DNA of 64,000 nucleotides from Candidatus Uhrbacteria bacterium. Its GTDB lineage: Bacteria; Patescibacteriota; Patescibacteriia; UBA9934; GWF2-40-263. The notes below the pieces were generated by a model. The model was not told where the DNA came from. It did no database searches and saw nothing but the letters and a program-made list of their open reading frames with translations. Shown here in pieces: positions 38,977 to 49,008 of this stretch. Where the stretch lies: positions 1,168-65,167 of the forward strand of contig JABMNY010000031.1 in NCBI GenBank assembly GCA_013204385.1, given 5' to 3'. The position numbers and the translations under genes were made by a program. The stretch's first letter is position 1. Every line of letters starts with the position of its first letter.

Positions 38977-40840
38977 TATTATTTGGAAGAACGTAATCGC
39001 TAGGAGCTGGACTCACGCTTTGTTCTGCTTCAACCGTTTCCTGCCACCCTGTCTGACATGCAGATCGAGATGCAATCCCGTTACAACAATAAGGTTTTTC
39101 TTCATCTCTTCCCTCCGTACACGTTGATCCAGGTCCTATGGCTGGATACATACAGATCTGGTAGGCACTCTTAATGTCATTTGTAAGAACAGGCCAGTAG
39201 TCCCATCCTCCCTCATCTGTACTTACAAAGCTTGGATGTTCAATAAGCACGGTCGTTCGTTCGGTTTCATCATTATTTTCCTTCCGAACAGCAAACCACG
39301 ATTCATAATACGGATCGGGCCACAATGACACACTATGCGTTTTGACTGTTGAAGACTTGAGGTACGTATTAAACGTGATTTCCACATCGTTTGTCTGACT
39401 AATCTCATCTTCTTCAACTCCAGGATCTAATCCTTCTTCTATAATCTGTGGAACTGTGTCTTCAATTTCATCGGTTGTTGTAAAATTCCATTCCTTATTA
39501 TCCGTCTCATCCCCGTCAGAGCACTCAATCGTATCAGAGGCGGAACCACAGGCTTCTCCATCATGATCCCCATCTAATGAGTTTGCAGCGGCGTCAACCA
39601 GACCATCAAACGTAAACCCGGTGGACTCTGCTTGAGGCGCTTCATCTTCATTGATGGTAGCAGCCTTAGCAACCACATCAACAAGTTGATTTGAAGGAAG
39701 ACAGTAAATTGTGTCTCCACAAGGATCTTCTCCACACGCATCCGTTGTCGTGAAACTGAGTGTGCGATAAGCATTACTAATCTCGAAGGTTCCCTCTACC
39801 ACCTCACCAGCCTCGTTATAGACTAAAATATTTGTAAACAAATCCTCATCCCCAATATACGATCCTGTACTTGCCACAGGATCCATCGCCTCAGAGAAGT
39901 TAATTTCAATGGTGATATTTCGAGGTTCTTGTGCATCTTGCTGAGGAACAACAGATGTCACATATGGAGGGGTCAAATCAATTTCTGTTGAAACTTCAAA
40001 TGTCCAACTATATCCACTCGCATATGCTCCAGAAAATGCAGATGAGCCTGATTCTTTTTCAATATTCGTCGTCAGCGTAACCGTATAATTCGTATCCTCT
40101 TCTGCTGAACCAAGATACTCAACAGGATCAAAGACGAACACTTCAAGATCTTCATCATACGTCACGACCACAGCCTCTGACTCCAATGCTTCACCTGCTC
40201 CCTGTTCTGTTGGATAGATGATAATACTATCCGCATTCAAATAATCATCTGTTGAATCGTCCCCATCATAATTACTCACAATTGATTCTGGATTGATTGC
40301 TTCTTTGAAACTGACAAAAATCCGTGTATTTCGAGCAATGTCCCGCGCATCACGCTCAGGATAATGGTCATCTAAGACACCTCCTCCTAAGGAACCAGAC
40401 AAAGGTTCAGAATACGCGTCAGCGACCGCTGAGGCTGTCCCTGTGAATGCCGCCTCAAGCAAACGACTTAAAATGAATGAAGCGATGCTATAGGCAGAAA
40501 AAATAATGAAGAGCCCAATGATAGACTGCTGAAGAACCTTCTTAGCTTTTTTAATTGGTTCTACTTCCCCACGAGCAAGGAGATAGAGAAATCCAGCATA
40601 AATAACCAGGCAAACAAAGATGATTCCAACAACCGTCAACGCGACACGAATGACGCGCGCAATAATAATCGCAATGTTGTCTGTCGGAAGCGTTGAAGCT
40701 GTTCCGAATTGTTCAAATGCCGTTTGCTGAGCAAACGTCGGATGAACATTCACAAGAAAAAATAAAACAGAAAACGCTACGACTCCAAGAAGGAGCGCGC
40801 GCAATGTGGGTGCTTCAAATTTCATAAAGGGACGGTCCAT
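38960..40840 (-). CDS. pilin-like N-terminal domain plus Ig-like (Big_5-type) protein
   Basis: 'IYAGFLYLLARGE..KKAKKVL..IIGL'; 'DLTPPYVTSVVP','I.FSEAMDP'. Confidence 0.8.
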   Translation of the reverse strand: MDRPFMKFEAPTLRALLLGVVAFSVLFFLVNVHPTFAQQTAFEQFGTASTLPTDNIAIIIARVIRVALTVVGIIFVCLVIYAGFLYLLARGEVEPIKKAKKVLQQSIIGLFIIFSAYSIASFILSRLLEAAFTGTASAVADAYSEPLSGSLGGGVLDDHYPERDARDIARNTRIFVSFKEAINPESIVSNYDGDDSTDDYLNADSIIIYPTEQGAGEALESEAVVVTYDEDLEVFVFDPVEYLGSAEEDTNYTVTLTTNIEKESGSSAFSGAYASGYSWTFEVSTEIDLTPPYVTSVVPQQDAQEPRNITIEINFSEAMDPVASTGSYIGDEDLFTNILVYNEAGEVVEGTFEISNAYRTLSFTTTDACGEDPCGDTIYCLPSNQLVDVVAKAATINEDEAPQAESTGFTFDGLVDAAANSLDGDHDGEACGSASDTIECSDGDETDNKEWNFTTTDEIEDTVPQIIEEGLDPGVEEDEISQTNDVEITFNTYLKSSTVKTHSVSLWPDPYYESWFAVRKENNDETERTTVLIEHPSFVSTDEGGWDYWPVLTNDIKSAYQICMYPAIGPGSTCTEGRDEEKPYCCNGIASRSACQTGWQETVEAEQSVSPAPSDYVLPNNSETEL

Positions 40841-40987
40841 GGCGATTACTTCAGGATCAATTGGATACCATTGATCATGTGTAAATCTATTGTATCTTAT
40901 TTAGACCGTTCTGACAGATAAAGATTGTGGATAGAAACAAAAAAACGGGCAAGCCCCGTTTTTTTGTTTGATGAACTGTTGTAGATG

Positions 40988-41752
40988 TTAACTTATTTGT
41001 TGTAAGGCAATCGTACAAAATGCAAAAAGCGCCGCAACAATCATGGTAGAAAAAACACCGATGGTAATTTTACTAATGGCTCCATCATGTTCTTTATCTC
41101 GATAAGAAGCCGTCATGTATTGGAAACCCCCATTCAAGATAAGTGTGATTGCCACGATCCCTAACCAGAGAGTGAGCACTCGGAACATCCGTAAAAGGAA
41201 TTCTGTGTACGACACTCCATTTGCAAAGTTTTCAACTAACGGAATTGCCGCCTGCGCCTCATGAGCAACAAGACTCATCGCAAACATGACTGGAATAAAT
41301 GCTCCAAGGAGTGTCCCAACAATCTGCTTCACACGAGTACCGTCTGCGCGTCCTGCCACCGCCTTCATGGCGACACCCATCGCGCGTCCCATCTCCTCCT
41401 TACTTGTCACCCCACTTGCTTCAATCGCCTCTTTTACAATGACCATCAATTCCTCGTCAGGCATCTGTGCAGGAAGATACTGTTCAAGCACAACGACTTC
41501 CACCTGTGAACTCACTGCCATATCTTCACGTCCACCTGTCACAAAAGATTCAATAGAATCTTTTAATTGTTTGACCTGCGACTTAATAACATCTTGAACT
41601 TCTGCATCTGAAAGTTCATGCTGAAGATCTATTTGTTTATTCTTAATCGCAGATAGCAACAAACGCAACGTAGATAACGTTGCGTTGTCTTTGGCTTTCA
41701 TGGCCAATTTCATGTTCTGTGTAATCGTCTCTATCAAAGACATACGACTCAA
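40988..41752 (-). CDS. YqeY/GatB-domain protein fused to a TrbC/VirB2-like pilin domain
   Basis: 'AMKAKD..LSTLRLL','YLPAQM','MGRAMG','GRADG', then a signal-like 'AQA' and 'ILNGGFQYMTAS'. Confidence 0.85.
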   Translation of the reverse strand: MSRMSLIETITQNMKLAMKAKDNATLSTLRLLLSAIKNKQIDLQHELSDAEVQDVIKSQVKQLKDSIESFVTGGREDMAVSSQVEVVVLEQYLPAQMPDEELMVIVKEAIEASGVTSKEEMGRAMGVAMKAVAGRADGTRVKQIVGTLLGAFIPVMFAMSLVAHEAQAAIPLVENFANGVSYTEFLLRMFRVLTLWLGIVAITLILNGGFQYMTASYRDKEHDGAISKITIGVFSTMIVAALFAFCTIALQQIS

Positions 41753-41754
41753 TT

Positions 41755-42003
41755 TTATCGACCTCTTCGGTTTGTTCCTCGAGTTGTTTCATCGAGTTGT
41801 CCAATACGAATGAGATATTGTCGTTTTGCTCCGGTGATAATTCGACGAAGGGCACTTTTCTTCATCTTGGCTTTATTCGGCTTGTCTTCGCGAAAGCGGA
41901 TCTTTCTTGTCTGAAGCATGTTTCCACTTTGCTGAACACGACGACTAAAACGTCGATAGATTCCTTCAAAACTCTCACCTTTACGGCGTTTTACGTTAAC
42001 CAC
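41755..42003 (-). CDS. rpsU: 30S ribosomal protein bS21
   Basis: 'VKRRKGESFE..RRF.RRVQQSG'; upstream of yqeY. Confidence 0.88.
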   Translation of the reverse strand: MVNVKRRKGESFEGIYRRFSRRVQQSGNMLQTRKIRFREDKPNKAKMKKSALRRIITGAKRQYLIRIGQLDETTRGTNRRGR

Positions 42004-42080
42004 ACGTTTTTCCTTTACTTAGCGAATTATTAAATACCCAGAGATTATGCAAAAAAACCCCTCTTTTGTCAAGCCTTCTA

Positions 42081-43499
42081 TTAAGCAGTTTCAACAGGAG
42101 ACTGCATAATAGGATCGACCCCCTCTTCATGACGAAGTTTCTTTTTCACAAGTCCCACAACTTTCTTTACATCAACAATTTCCTGAGCTCCTGATTCCAT
42201 GTCACGAATAATAATCGTTTCATCAAGAACCTCCTTTTGACCTAGGATCAAAGTAAACTGAACCCCAAGCTTATTAGCAACATCCAACTGTGCCTTTAAT
42301 GAGTTTTTTCCAAACGCTTCAGCAATAGGCACACCCGCATTTCGGAAATCCTCAAACAACTTTAACCCTACACGTCGAGAAGCATCACCGAGTTGTGCAA
42401 AAAAGACATGTGGTTTCGGTCTCTCAAGTGGATTAATTCCTTTTGCTTCAAGAGCTCGAGAAATGCGTTCCATTCCAAGCGCAAATCCACAGGCGGGAGT
42501 TGGGCGTCCTCCAAGGAGTTCAACGAGCCCATCGTAGCGACCTCCCCCTCCAAGAGCAGATTGCGCCTTTGTTCCCTCATCATCTGCAAGAACGAACTCA
42601 AAGACGGTGTGCGTGTAATAATCTAATCCGCGCACAAGATAGGGATTAAGAACGAACGGAACCTCGACTTCCTCCAAAAACTCAAGCACCTTCATGAAAT
42701 GTTCTTTTGACTTATCATCAAGCCAGTCAAGGATCTGAGGAGCTCCATCAAGAAGTTCTCGCGTGACTTCCTCTTTACTATCCAAAATGCGAAGCGGATT
42801 CTTTTGCAGTCGACGCTTATCATCATCTGAAAGTTTACTTCGGTGTTGACGAAAATAGGCAACAAGCTCAGCAAGATACGCCTGTCGACATTCGGTTGTT
42901 CCGATGGAATTGATTTGAACTTTTACATCCAATCCAAGATCTTTGAAAATTTTATATCCAATCACGATCAATTGCGCATCAACGATCGGCTCATCGACAC
43001 CAAAACTTTCAAAGCCCACCTGATAAAACTGACGGTATCGTCCGGCTTGCGGTCGATCGTGTCGAAACATTGGCCCTGTGTACCACATCTTTACAGGTTG
43101 CGGACGGTCAAGCATCCCATGACCAATATAGGCTCGTGCTGCGCTCGCAGTTGCTTCAGGACGCATTGCAACAGAACGGTTAGATGGATCTGTAAACGTA
43201 TACATCTCCTTATCGATAATATCTGTTCCTTTTCCAATCGTTCGATTAAACAATTCTGAACGTTCTAGAATAGGAAGGTCAACACGATCGAAACTGTACG
43301 CCTCTGCAATAGATCGCACCGTATCGCGAATCAAATTCCATCGGCCTTGATCTTCAGAAAGAATATCACGAAATCCTCGCAAAAGATCATAGGACTTAGA
43401 TAATTTTGGTTCGTCGCTCTCATCTTTTTTTACTTCTACAGGCTTTGACGGAGGTTTAGAAACGACCGCCTTTGGAGCCACCTTCTTTTTTCCAGGCAT
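42081..43499 (-). CDS. hisS: histidine--tRNA ligase
   Basis: 'RPEAT','FRHDRPQAGRYRQF','LVRGLDYY','GGGRYDGL'. Confidence 0.97.
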   Translation of the reverse strand: MPGKKKVAPKAVVSKPPSKPVEVKKDESDEPKLSKSYDLLRGFRDILSEDQGRWNLIRDTVRSIAEAYSFDRVDLPILERSELFNRTIGKGTDIIDKEMYTFTDPSNRSVAMRPEATASAARAYIGHGMLDRPQPVKMWYTGPMFRHDRPQAGRYRQFYQVGFESFGVDEPIVDAQLIVIGYKIFKDLGLDVKVQINSIGTTECRQAYLAELVAYFRQHRSKLSDDDKRRLQKNPLRILDSKEEVTRELLDGAPQILDWLDDKSKEHFMKVLEFLEEVEVPFVLNPYLVRGLDYYTHTVFEFVLADDEGTKAQSALGGGGRYDGLVELLGGRPTPACGFALGMERISRALEAKGINPLERPKPHVFFAQLGDASRRVGLKLFEDFRNAGVPIAEAFGKNSLKAQLDVANKLGVQFTLILGQKEVLDETIIIRDMESGAQEIVDVKKVVGLVKKKLRHEEGVDPIMQSPVETA

Positions 43500-43520
43500 A
43501 GAGTTATAGATAATCAGGTA

Positions 43521-44129
43521 TTAAAGGTTGTATTCAGGAACATCAAACGTTCCGATGCGTGAGAGTGGAAGCCCCCGTACCCACACCCGGCCAATCACAT
43601 CATCTCGATGAATTGGGCCAAAACTTCTTGAATCGAGTGAGGCGTCTCTATTGTCACCAAACACATAGTATTCATCTTCGCCGAGGGTCACTCTTACTTT
43701 TCCAGTCGTTTGTTCTCCCCCAAGGTACGTTTCCTCTAGGACAAATCCGTTTGGATGCTCTGTATTGTAAACAGTAATGTTTCCTCCTGTTACCTCGATC
43801 GTCTCCCCGGGAAGGCCGATAATGCGCTTGATAAAAAACTGACTCGGATCACGTGGATATCGGAAGACGAGAATTTCTCCACGGAATGGATCACGAAATC
43901 GATAGGAAAGCTCATCAATAATAAGGTATTCGTGATCATAGAAATTTGGTTCCATGGATGCCCCCTTTACATAAAAAGGTTGAATCAAAAAATACCGAAT
44001 CGGAATAATAATGGCACTTGAAATCAAAACGATTTGAACCACTTCAAACAAAAATGAAGCAACAGATCCCCCTACTGGCCCAAAACGTTGATAAAATTTC
44101 TCTTCAATAGATGGAAGTCGAATGTGCAT
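43521..44129 (-). CDS. lepB: signal peptidase I
   Basis: 'GASMEP','IKRIIGLPGE','GDNRDASLDSR'. Confidence 0.95.
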   Translation of the reverse strand: MHIRLPSIEEKFYQRFGPVGGSVASFLFEVVQIVLISSAIIIPIRYFLIQPFYVKGASMEPNFYDHEYLIIDELSYRFRDPFRGEILVFRYPRDPSQFFIKRIIGLPGETIEVTGGNITVYNTEHPNGFVLEETYLGGEQTTGKVRVTLGEDEYYVFGDNRDASLDSRSFGPIHRDDVIGRVWVRGLPLSRIGTFDVPEYNL

Positions 44130-44273
44130 AAAGTTACAGGCGGGACAGTAAAATCGTTACAACCCTATCAAAAAAATGGGGTCAAAGCAAGGGAGTACCC
44201 TTCCATGACTCTTTTATGAACTCAGTCGCTTGAAGTGTTTAGAAAAAATCGCTACACTAGGACGCGAGGAGTT

Positions 44274-45914
44274 ATGGAAAAACATAAAGTTGACCTACTT
44301 CAAGATCATCCCCGCCAGCGTGTGCCAAAGCGATCGCCGGTTCTTTTTTTTGGACGTACGCTTGTAGTCCTTTTAATCATGCTTGCCACGGCCGGAGCTG
44401 TCTTTTCCTATCAAGTCAATTCAACTTCTGAAAGTACTGGGACGTTTCCTTCAATCTCATTTTTTTCCACATTAAAACATCTCGTCTCATCAGACGACAA
44501 AGCACTGGAAGGAGAAGAACTTGATCGAGTAAATTTCCTTCTCATGGGAATTGGAGGAGAAGGTCATGATGGTCCACAGCTTACAGACACGATCATTTTT
44601 ACAAGTTACAAACCCTCAGACGGATCCGTTGCCATGATGTCGCTTCCGCGTGACATGACCGTACCTATTCCGGGATATGGCTATCGAAAAGTAAACCACG
44701 CGAACGCATACGGAGAAATGGATGAAACAGGCACAGGACCGCTCCTTGCTTCACAAGTCATTGGAGAAGTTCTTGATGAAGACATTCAATACTATTTGCG
44801 AGTTGATTTCGATGGATTTGCAGAATTTATTGATGCGATCGGTGGAGTGGATGTGTATGTAGATAATGCCTTCACAGATGCAAGTTACCCAAGTCATGGA
44901 AAAGAGTACGCAACATGTGGATATGCCACACAAGTAGAAGAACCAGAAGTTGTAGATGAAGAACCAAGTGAACTTGCCTTGATACTCGCAATTGATACAG
45001 AAGAACAAGGAATCCTAGAAGAGGCTGTCCTTGAACAAAATACTCCAGAGGTGGTTCCAAACTATTCTTGTCGCTACGAAACGCTCACCTTCTACGAAGG
45101 ATGGACACACATGGATGGACAGACTGCACTCAAGTTTGCACGATCACGCCACGGAAATAACGGAGAGGGTTCAGACTTCGCTCGATCAGAACGTCAACAG
45201 AAGATCATCCTTGCCGCAAAGGACAAAGTCCTTTCTGCCTCTACCTTCTTGAATCCTTCTCGCATCACCAAAATGCTTGATGCACTCAAAGATAACATCG
45301 CAACAAACTTAGACGTTTGGGAGATTGTCCGATTGGCAAAAGAGTTAAAAGACGTGAACGCAAGCGAGATCACGCATCATGTCATCGATGCATCCAATGA
45401 ATCTCCTCTCTACGCCACAGTACTCAATGGAGCCTATGTCCTTCTTCCAAAAAATGATGATTGGTCTCCCCTTCAAAACATTGCTGAAAATATCTTTACT
45501 CCAGACGAAGAACTCAGCACAATCTTTGCAGAAGCTCCAGAACAAAAACCAAAGTTTGTCCGTGTAGAAATCCAAAATGGGACAAACATCAGCGGACTTG
45601 CCTTTACTGCCTCTCAATTATTGGATGGTCAAGGATTTGATGTGATCAAAATTGGAAACGCAGAAACAAGAGGCTACGAGCATACTGTGATCTACGATCT
45701 TACCAACGGCCAACGATCAGAAGAACTGAAAGCGTTGAGAGATTTTCTACAGGCAGACGTCACCCTCTCAGCCACAGGATGGCTCATTAGTGGGGATATT
45801 GTGCCAAAAGAGATCACATTTACCTCTGAGGACTCAGAAAAACTAACAACACAAGACGACGTTGATTTCCTCATTATTCTTGGAGAGAGTGCCTCAACCC
45901 TTGCCAGAAACTAA
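44274..45914 (+). CDS. LCP (LytR-CpsA-Psr) protein with LytR_C domain
   Basis: 'LTDTI','SLPRD','ARSRH..SDFARSERQQ'; C-terminal 'EIQNGT..GLA'. Confidence 0.92.
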   Translation: MEKHKVDLLQDHPRQRVPKRSPVLFFGRTLVVLLIMLATAGAVFSYQVNSTSESTGTFPSISFFSTLKHLVSSDDKALEGEELDRVNFLLMGIGGEGHDGPQLTDTIIFTSYKPSDGSVAMMSLPRDMTVPIPGYGYRKVNHANAYGEMDETGTGPLLASQVIGEVLDEDIQYYLRVDFDGFAEFIDAIGGVDVYVDNAFTDASYPSHGKEYATCGYATQVEEPEVVDEEPSELALILAIDTEEQGILEEAVLEQNTPEVVPNYSCRYETLTFYEGWTHMDGQTALKFARSRHGNNGEGSDFARSERQQKIILAAKDKVLSASTFLNPSRITKMLDALKDNIATNLDVWEIVRLAKELKDVNASEITHHVIDASNESPLYATVLNGAYVLLPKNDDWSPLQNIAENIFTPDEELSTIFAEAPEQKPKFVRVEIQNGTNISGLAFTASQLLDGQGFDVIKIGNAETRGYEHTVIYDLTNGQRSEELKALRDFLQADVTLSATGWLISGDIVPKEITFTSEDSEKLTTQDDVDFLIILGESASTLARN

Positions 45915-45985
45915 AAAATAGCCCAGAATCCCGGCACAGAGTCGGGTTTTTTGTCTGAAAGATGAAACCCCTTTACAATACCTCT

Positions 45986-47350
45986 ATGGCTCAACACCCT
46001 CCCGTGGTCGCCTTGATAGGACGAACCAACGTTGGAAAATCTACAATCTTCAACCGACTTCTGGAAACACAGAAGGCGCTTGTTTCTGATGTTGCTGGAA
46101 CAACTCGTGACCGCAACGAAGGAGACTGTCTTTGGAGAGGACGTATCATTCGCCTTGTTGATACAGGTGGGATGGACGTCGACATGAAAAACGAGATGGA
46201 AGTAAGCATCTTGAAGCAGTCCCAATTTGCGATTGATCGTGCAGACATCCTTTTATTTGTTGTCGATGCAAAGTCTGGTGCCATGCCACAAGAACGTGCA
46301 CTTGCGGACCATATTCGAGAATCAGGAAAGCCTGTCATTGTTGTTGCAAACAAAGCGGAAAAAGTAGCAGAGCGATTAAGTGTCTCAAATGCAGAGTGGC
46401 AATTTCCAGGTCTTACGGAACCTCTCCCTATTTCGGCTGCGCGTGGAAACGGTCTTGGTGATTTGTTAGACCAAGTCTATGACAAACTGGAAGAAATCGG
46501 AAAACCCGCTGTTGACCCTTTTGAAACGGATGCGATTAAAGTTGCGGTGATCGGAAAACCAAACGTTGGAAAATCGACGCTCCTCAACGCAATTCTTGGA
46601 GAAGAACGTTTCATCACTTCACCTATCTCGCACACAACCCGCGAACCAAATGACATGCTCATCACCCTTGATGACAAGCGGTACCTATTTATCGACACCG
46701 CAGGAATGCGCAAACAAGGAAAAGTTCGTAAAGCAGGAGGCTTAGAAGAAGCCGCTGTTCGACGTAACGAACATATTGTTAAAATGGCAGACGTCACCAT
46801 TCTCGTCATGGATGCAAGTCAGCCGATCGGAAATCAAGAAAAAACACTTGCTGGATTTTTGAAAAACTCTGGATCAGCTGTGATTATTGTGGCAAATAAA
46901 TGGGATCTTGTAGAAGATAAAAACACCACAACCATGAACCGCTTCCGCGAATACTTTTCTGGAATGCTTCCATTTCTCAACTGGGCCCCTGTGATGTTTC
47001 TTTCTGCGCTTACGAAGCAACGGGTCAATACATTGTTTCAACAAATTGATCTTGTCTACAAGAATCGTGCGATCGAAATTTCAAATAAGGACTTGGCTGA
47101 ATTTCTCAAAGAAGTTCAAACTCGACATAAACCAATGATCGGGAAAGGGAAAACTGTGCCAAAACTTCTTGGATTCAAACAGATGAAAAATGAACCTCCT
47201 CGTTTTGATCTGATTCTCAAAGCAAGACGAACAGACGCGCTTTCTGTCGCGTATGTCCGATTTTTAGAAAATCGACTCCGAGAAAAATTTAATCTAACTG
47301 GAACACCTCTGAGAATCAATATCCGTATTGCACGAGCTGTCTCAAAATAG
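45986..47350 (+). CDS. der: ribosome biogenesis GTPase Der
   Basis: Two GxxNVGKS GTPase domains. Confidence 0.96.
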   Translation: MAQHPPVVALIGRTNVGKSTIFNRLLETQKALVSDVAGTTRDRNEGDCLWRGRIIRLVDTGGMDVDMKNEMEVSILKQSQFAIDRADILLFVVDAKSGAMPQERALADHIRESGKPVIVVANKAEKVAERLSVSNAEWQFPGLTEPLPISAARGNGLGDLLDQVYDKLEEIGKPAVDPFETDAIKVAVIGKPNVGKSTLLNAILGEERFITSPISHTTREPNDMLITLDDKRYLFIDTAGMRKQGKVRKAGGLEEAAVRRNEHIVKMADVTILVMDASQPIGNQEKTLAGFLKNSGSAVIIVANKWDLVEDKNTTTMNRFREYFSGMLPFLNWAPVMFLSALTKQRVNTLFQQIDLVYKNRAIEISNKDLAEFLKEVQTRHKPMIGKGKTVPKLLGFKQMKNEPPRFDLILKARRTDALSVAYVRFLENRLREKFNLTGTPLRINIRIARAVSK

Positions 47351-47356
47351 TTCACT

Positions 47357-47896
47357 ATGATCGTACTTTTAGGACTTGGAAACCCTGGATCAGAATATGA
47401 ACGCACGCGTCATAATGTGGGATTTCTTGTATTAGAACATCTCGCACATGCGCAAGAAAGTTCATTTACGTCAAAACGATCTCTGGAAGCAGAGATTACG
47501 GAAATTGAATGGGAAAAAGAACGTATTCTCCTTGCAAAACCGCAGACGTTTATGAACGCAAGTGGACGAACACTCTCTGCGATTCTTTCAAAGTATCCTG
47601 TCACTCCAGAGCAGGTCTGTGTGATCTACGACGACGCAGATCTTCCATTTGGAGATGTGCGTTTGCGAATCAGTGGAGGAAGTGCAGGACACAGAGGCAT
47701 GGAATCTCTTCTCGCTTCCCTCCCGAAAGGAACCTCTCTCACACGTATCCGTGTAGGAATTGGAAGACCCCCTCATGCAGATATCCCTTTAGATGCCTTT
47801 GTCTTAGGGAGATGGACCCAAGCAGAAGAAGCCCAACTTCCAGATATTTTTGCATCAATCACAAAACTCATTAAAGAACACATTCAGACCGTATGA
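47357..47896 (+). CDS. pth: peptidyl-tRNA hydrolase
   Basis: 'GLGNPG..Y..TRHNVGF','KPQTFMN.SG'. Confidence 0.96.
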   Translation: MIVLLGLGNPGSEYERTRHNVGFLVLEHLAHAQESSFTSKRSLEAEITEIEWEKERILLAKPQTFMNASGRTLSAILSKYPVTPEQVCVIYDDADLPFGDVRLRISGGSAGHRGMESLLASLPKGTSLTRIRVGIGRPPHADIPLDAFVLGRWTQAEEAQLPDIFASITKLIKEHIQTV

Positions 47897-48975
47897 TGGA
47901 GCAAGACCATCTTTTTTGGGTGGCTCTTACCGCCTTTCGCCCTTTTGGACCTGTACGACTTTCACGTCTTGCAAAACGGTTTCCAACAATGGAGCGTGCA
48001 TTCAATGCAAGCGCACTGGAATTGACTGAAGCTGGAATCGAACCACATGTTGCGAGTCGTTTTCTCCAAGAGCGTATCCATATCGACCCAGAAGCACTCA
48101 TGCGAGAATGTTCTGTTCAGGGAGTGCAGGTTGTCACTATCAAAGACGAGATCTATCCGACACTTCTGAAAGAGATTTATGACCCTCCTGCAGTCCTCTT
48201 TATCCGAGGAACCCTTCCAGATCCCAGTCGTAAACATCTGGCCGTTGTAGGAAGTCGCAAGGCCAGCCAATATGGATTGCGGGTGACAGAACGCCTCATC
48301 GAACCTGCAGCGCGAGCAGGTGTGGTCATTGTGAGTGGTCTGGCATACGGAATTGATGCACACGCCCACGATGCTGCGCTACGCGCTCAGGGCTGTACAA
48401 TCGCCGTGCTCGGGTCGGGAGTCGATCAACAAAGTATTTACCCAAGTGCCCATCGCGCCCTCGCCTCGCGCATTTTAGCCGAAGGCGGTGCCCTTATTTC
48501 TGAGTTCCCTCTTGGAACACCTCCTCTCAAACAAAACTTCCCGTTTCGCAATCGCATCATCGCAGGACTGTGCCACGGAACACTGGTCATCGAAGCCACC
48601 GTCAAATCAGGAACACTCATCACTGCACGAAGTGCCACAGACAGTAATCGAGAGGTCTATGCCGTTCCCGGCCCCATTGACTCTCCCCTTTCAGAGGGAC
48701 CAAACGAACTGATCAAAAACGGAGCTACTCCTGTCACAGATGTACGAGATCTTTTCGGAATCGAGTCTGTGCCAGAACCGACTCCAACCTATCAACCAAC
48801 CAATGCGGAAGAGACGCTCATCTATTCCCGTCTCTCACACATCCCCACCCATCTTGATGAACTTGTCCGATCGACCCAGTTGCCGACTCCGGCCGTAATG
48901 AGTACTCTTACCCTCATGGAAATGAAGGGGGCAATCAAAAATGAAGGCGGACAATTTTATACCCGTCACACTTGA
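47893..48975 (+). CDS. dprA: DNA-processing protein DprA
   Basis: 'AVVGSR','VSGLAYGID','FPFRNRIIAG'. Confidence 0.96.
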   Translation: MMEQDHLFWVALTAFRPFGPVRLSRLAKRFPTMERAFNASALELTEAGIEPHVASRFLQERIHIDPEALMRECSVQGVQVVTIKDEIYPTLLKEIYDPPAVLFIRGTLPDPSRKHLAVVGSRKASQYGLRVTERLIEPAARAGVVIVSGLAYGIDAHAHDAALRAQGCTIAVLGSGVDQQSIYPSAHRALASRILAEGGALISEFPLGTPPLKQNFPFRNRIIAGLCHGTLVIEATVKSGTLITARSATDSNREVYAVPGPIDSPLSEGPNELIKNGATPVTDVRDLFGIESVPEPTPTYQPTNAEETLIYSRLSHIPTHLDELVRSTQLPTPAVMSTLTLMEMKGAIKNEGGQFYTRHT

Positions 48976-49008
48976 CGAATCAATTCAATTCTTTCGTAAT
49001 ACTCAAAC

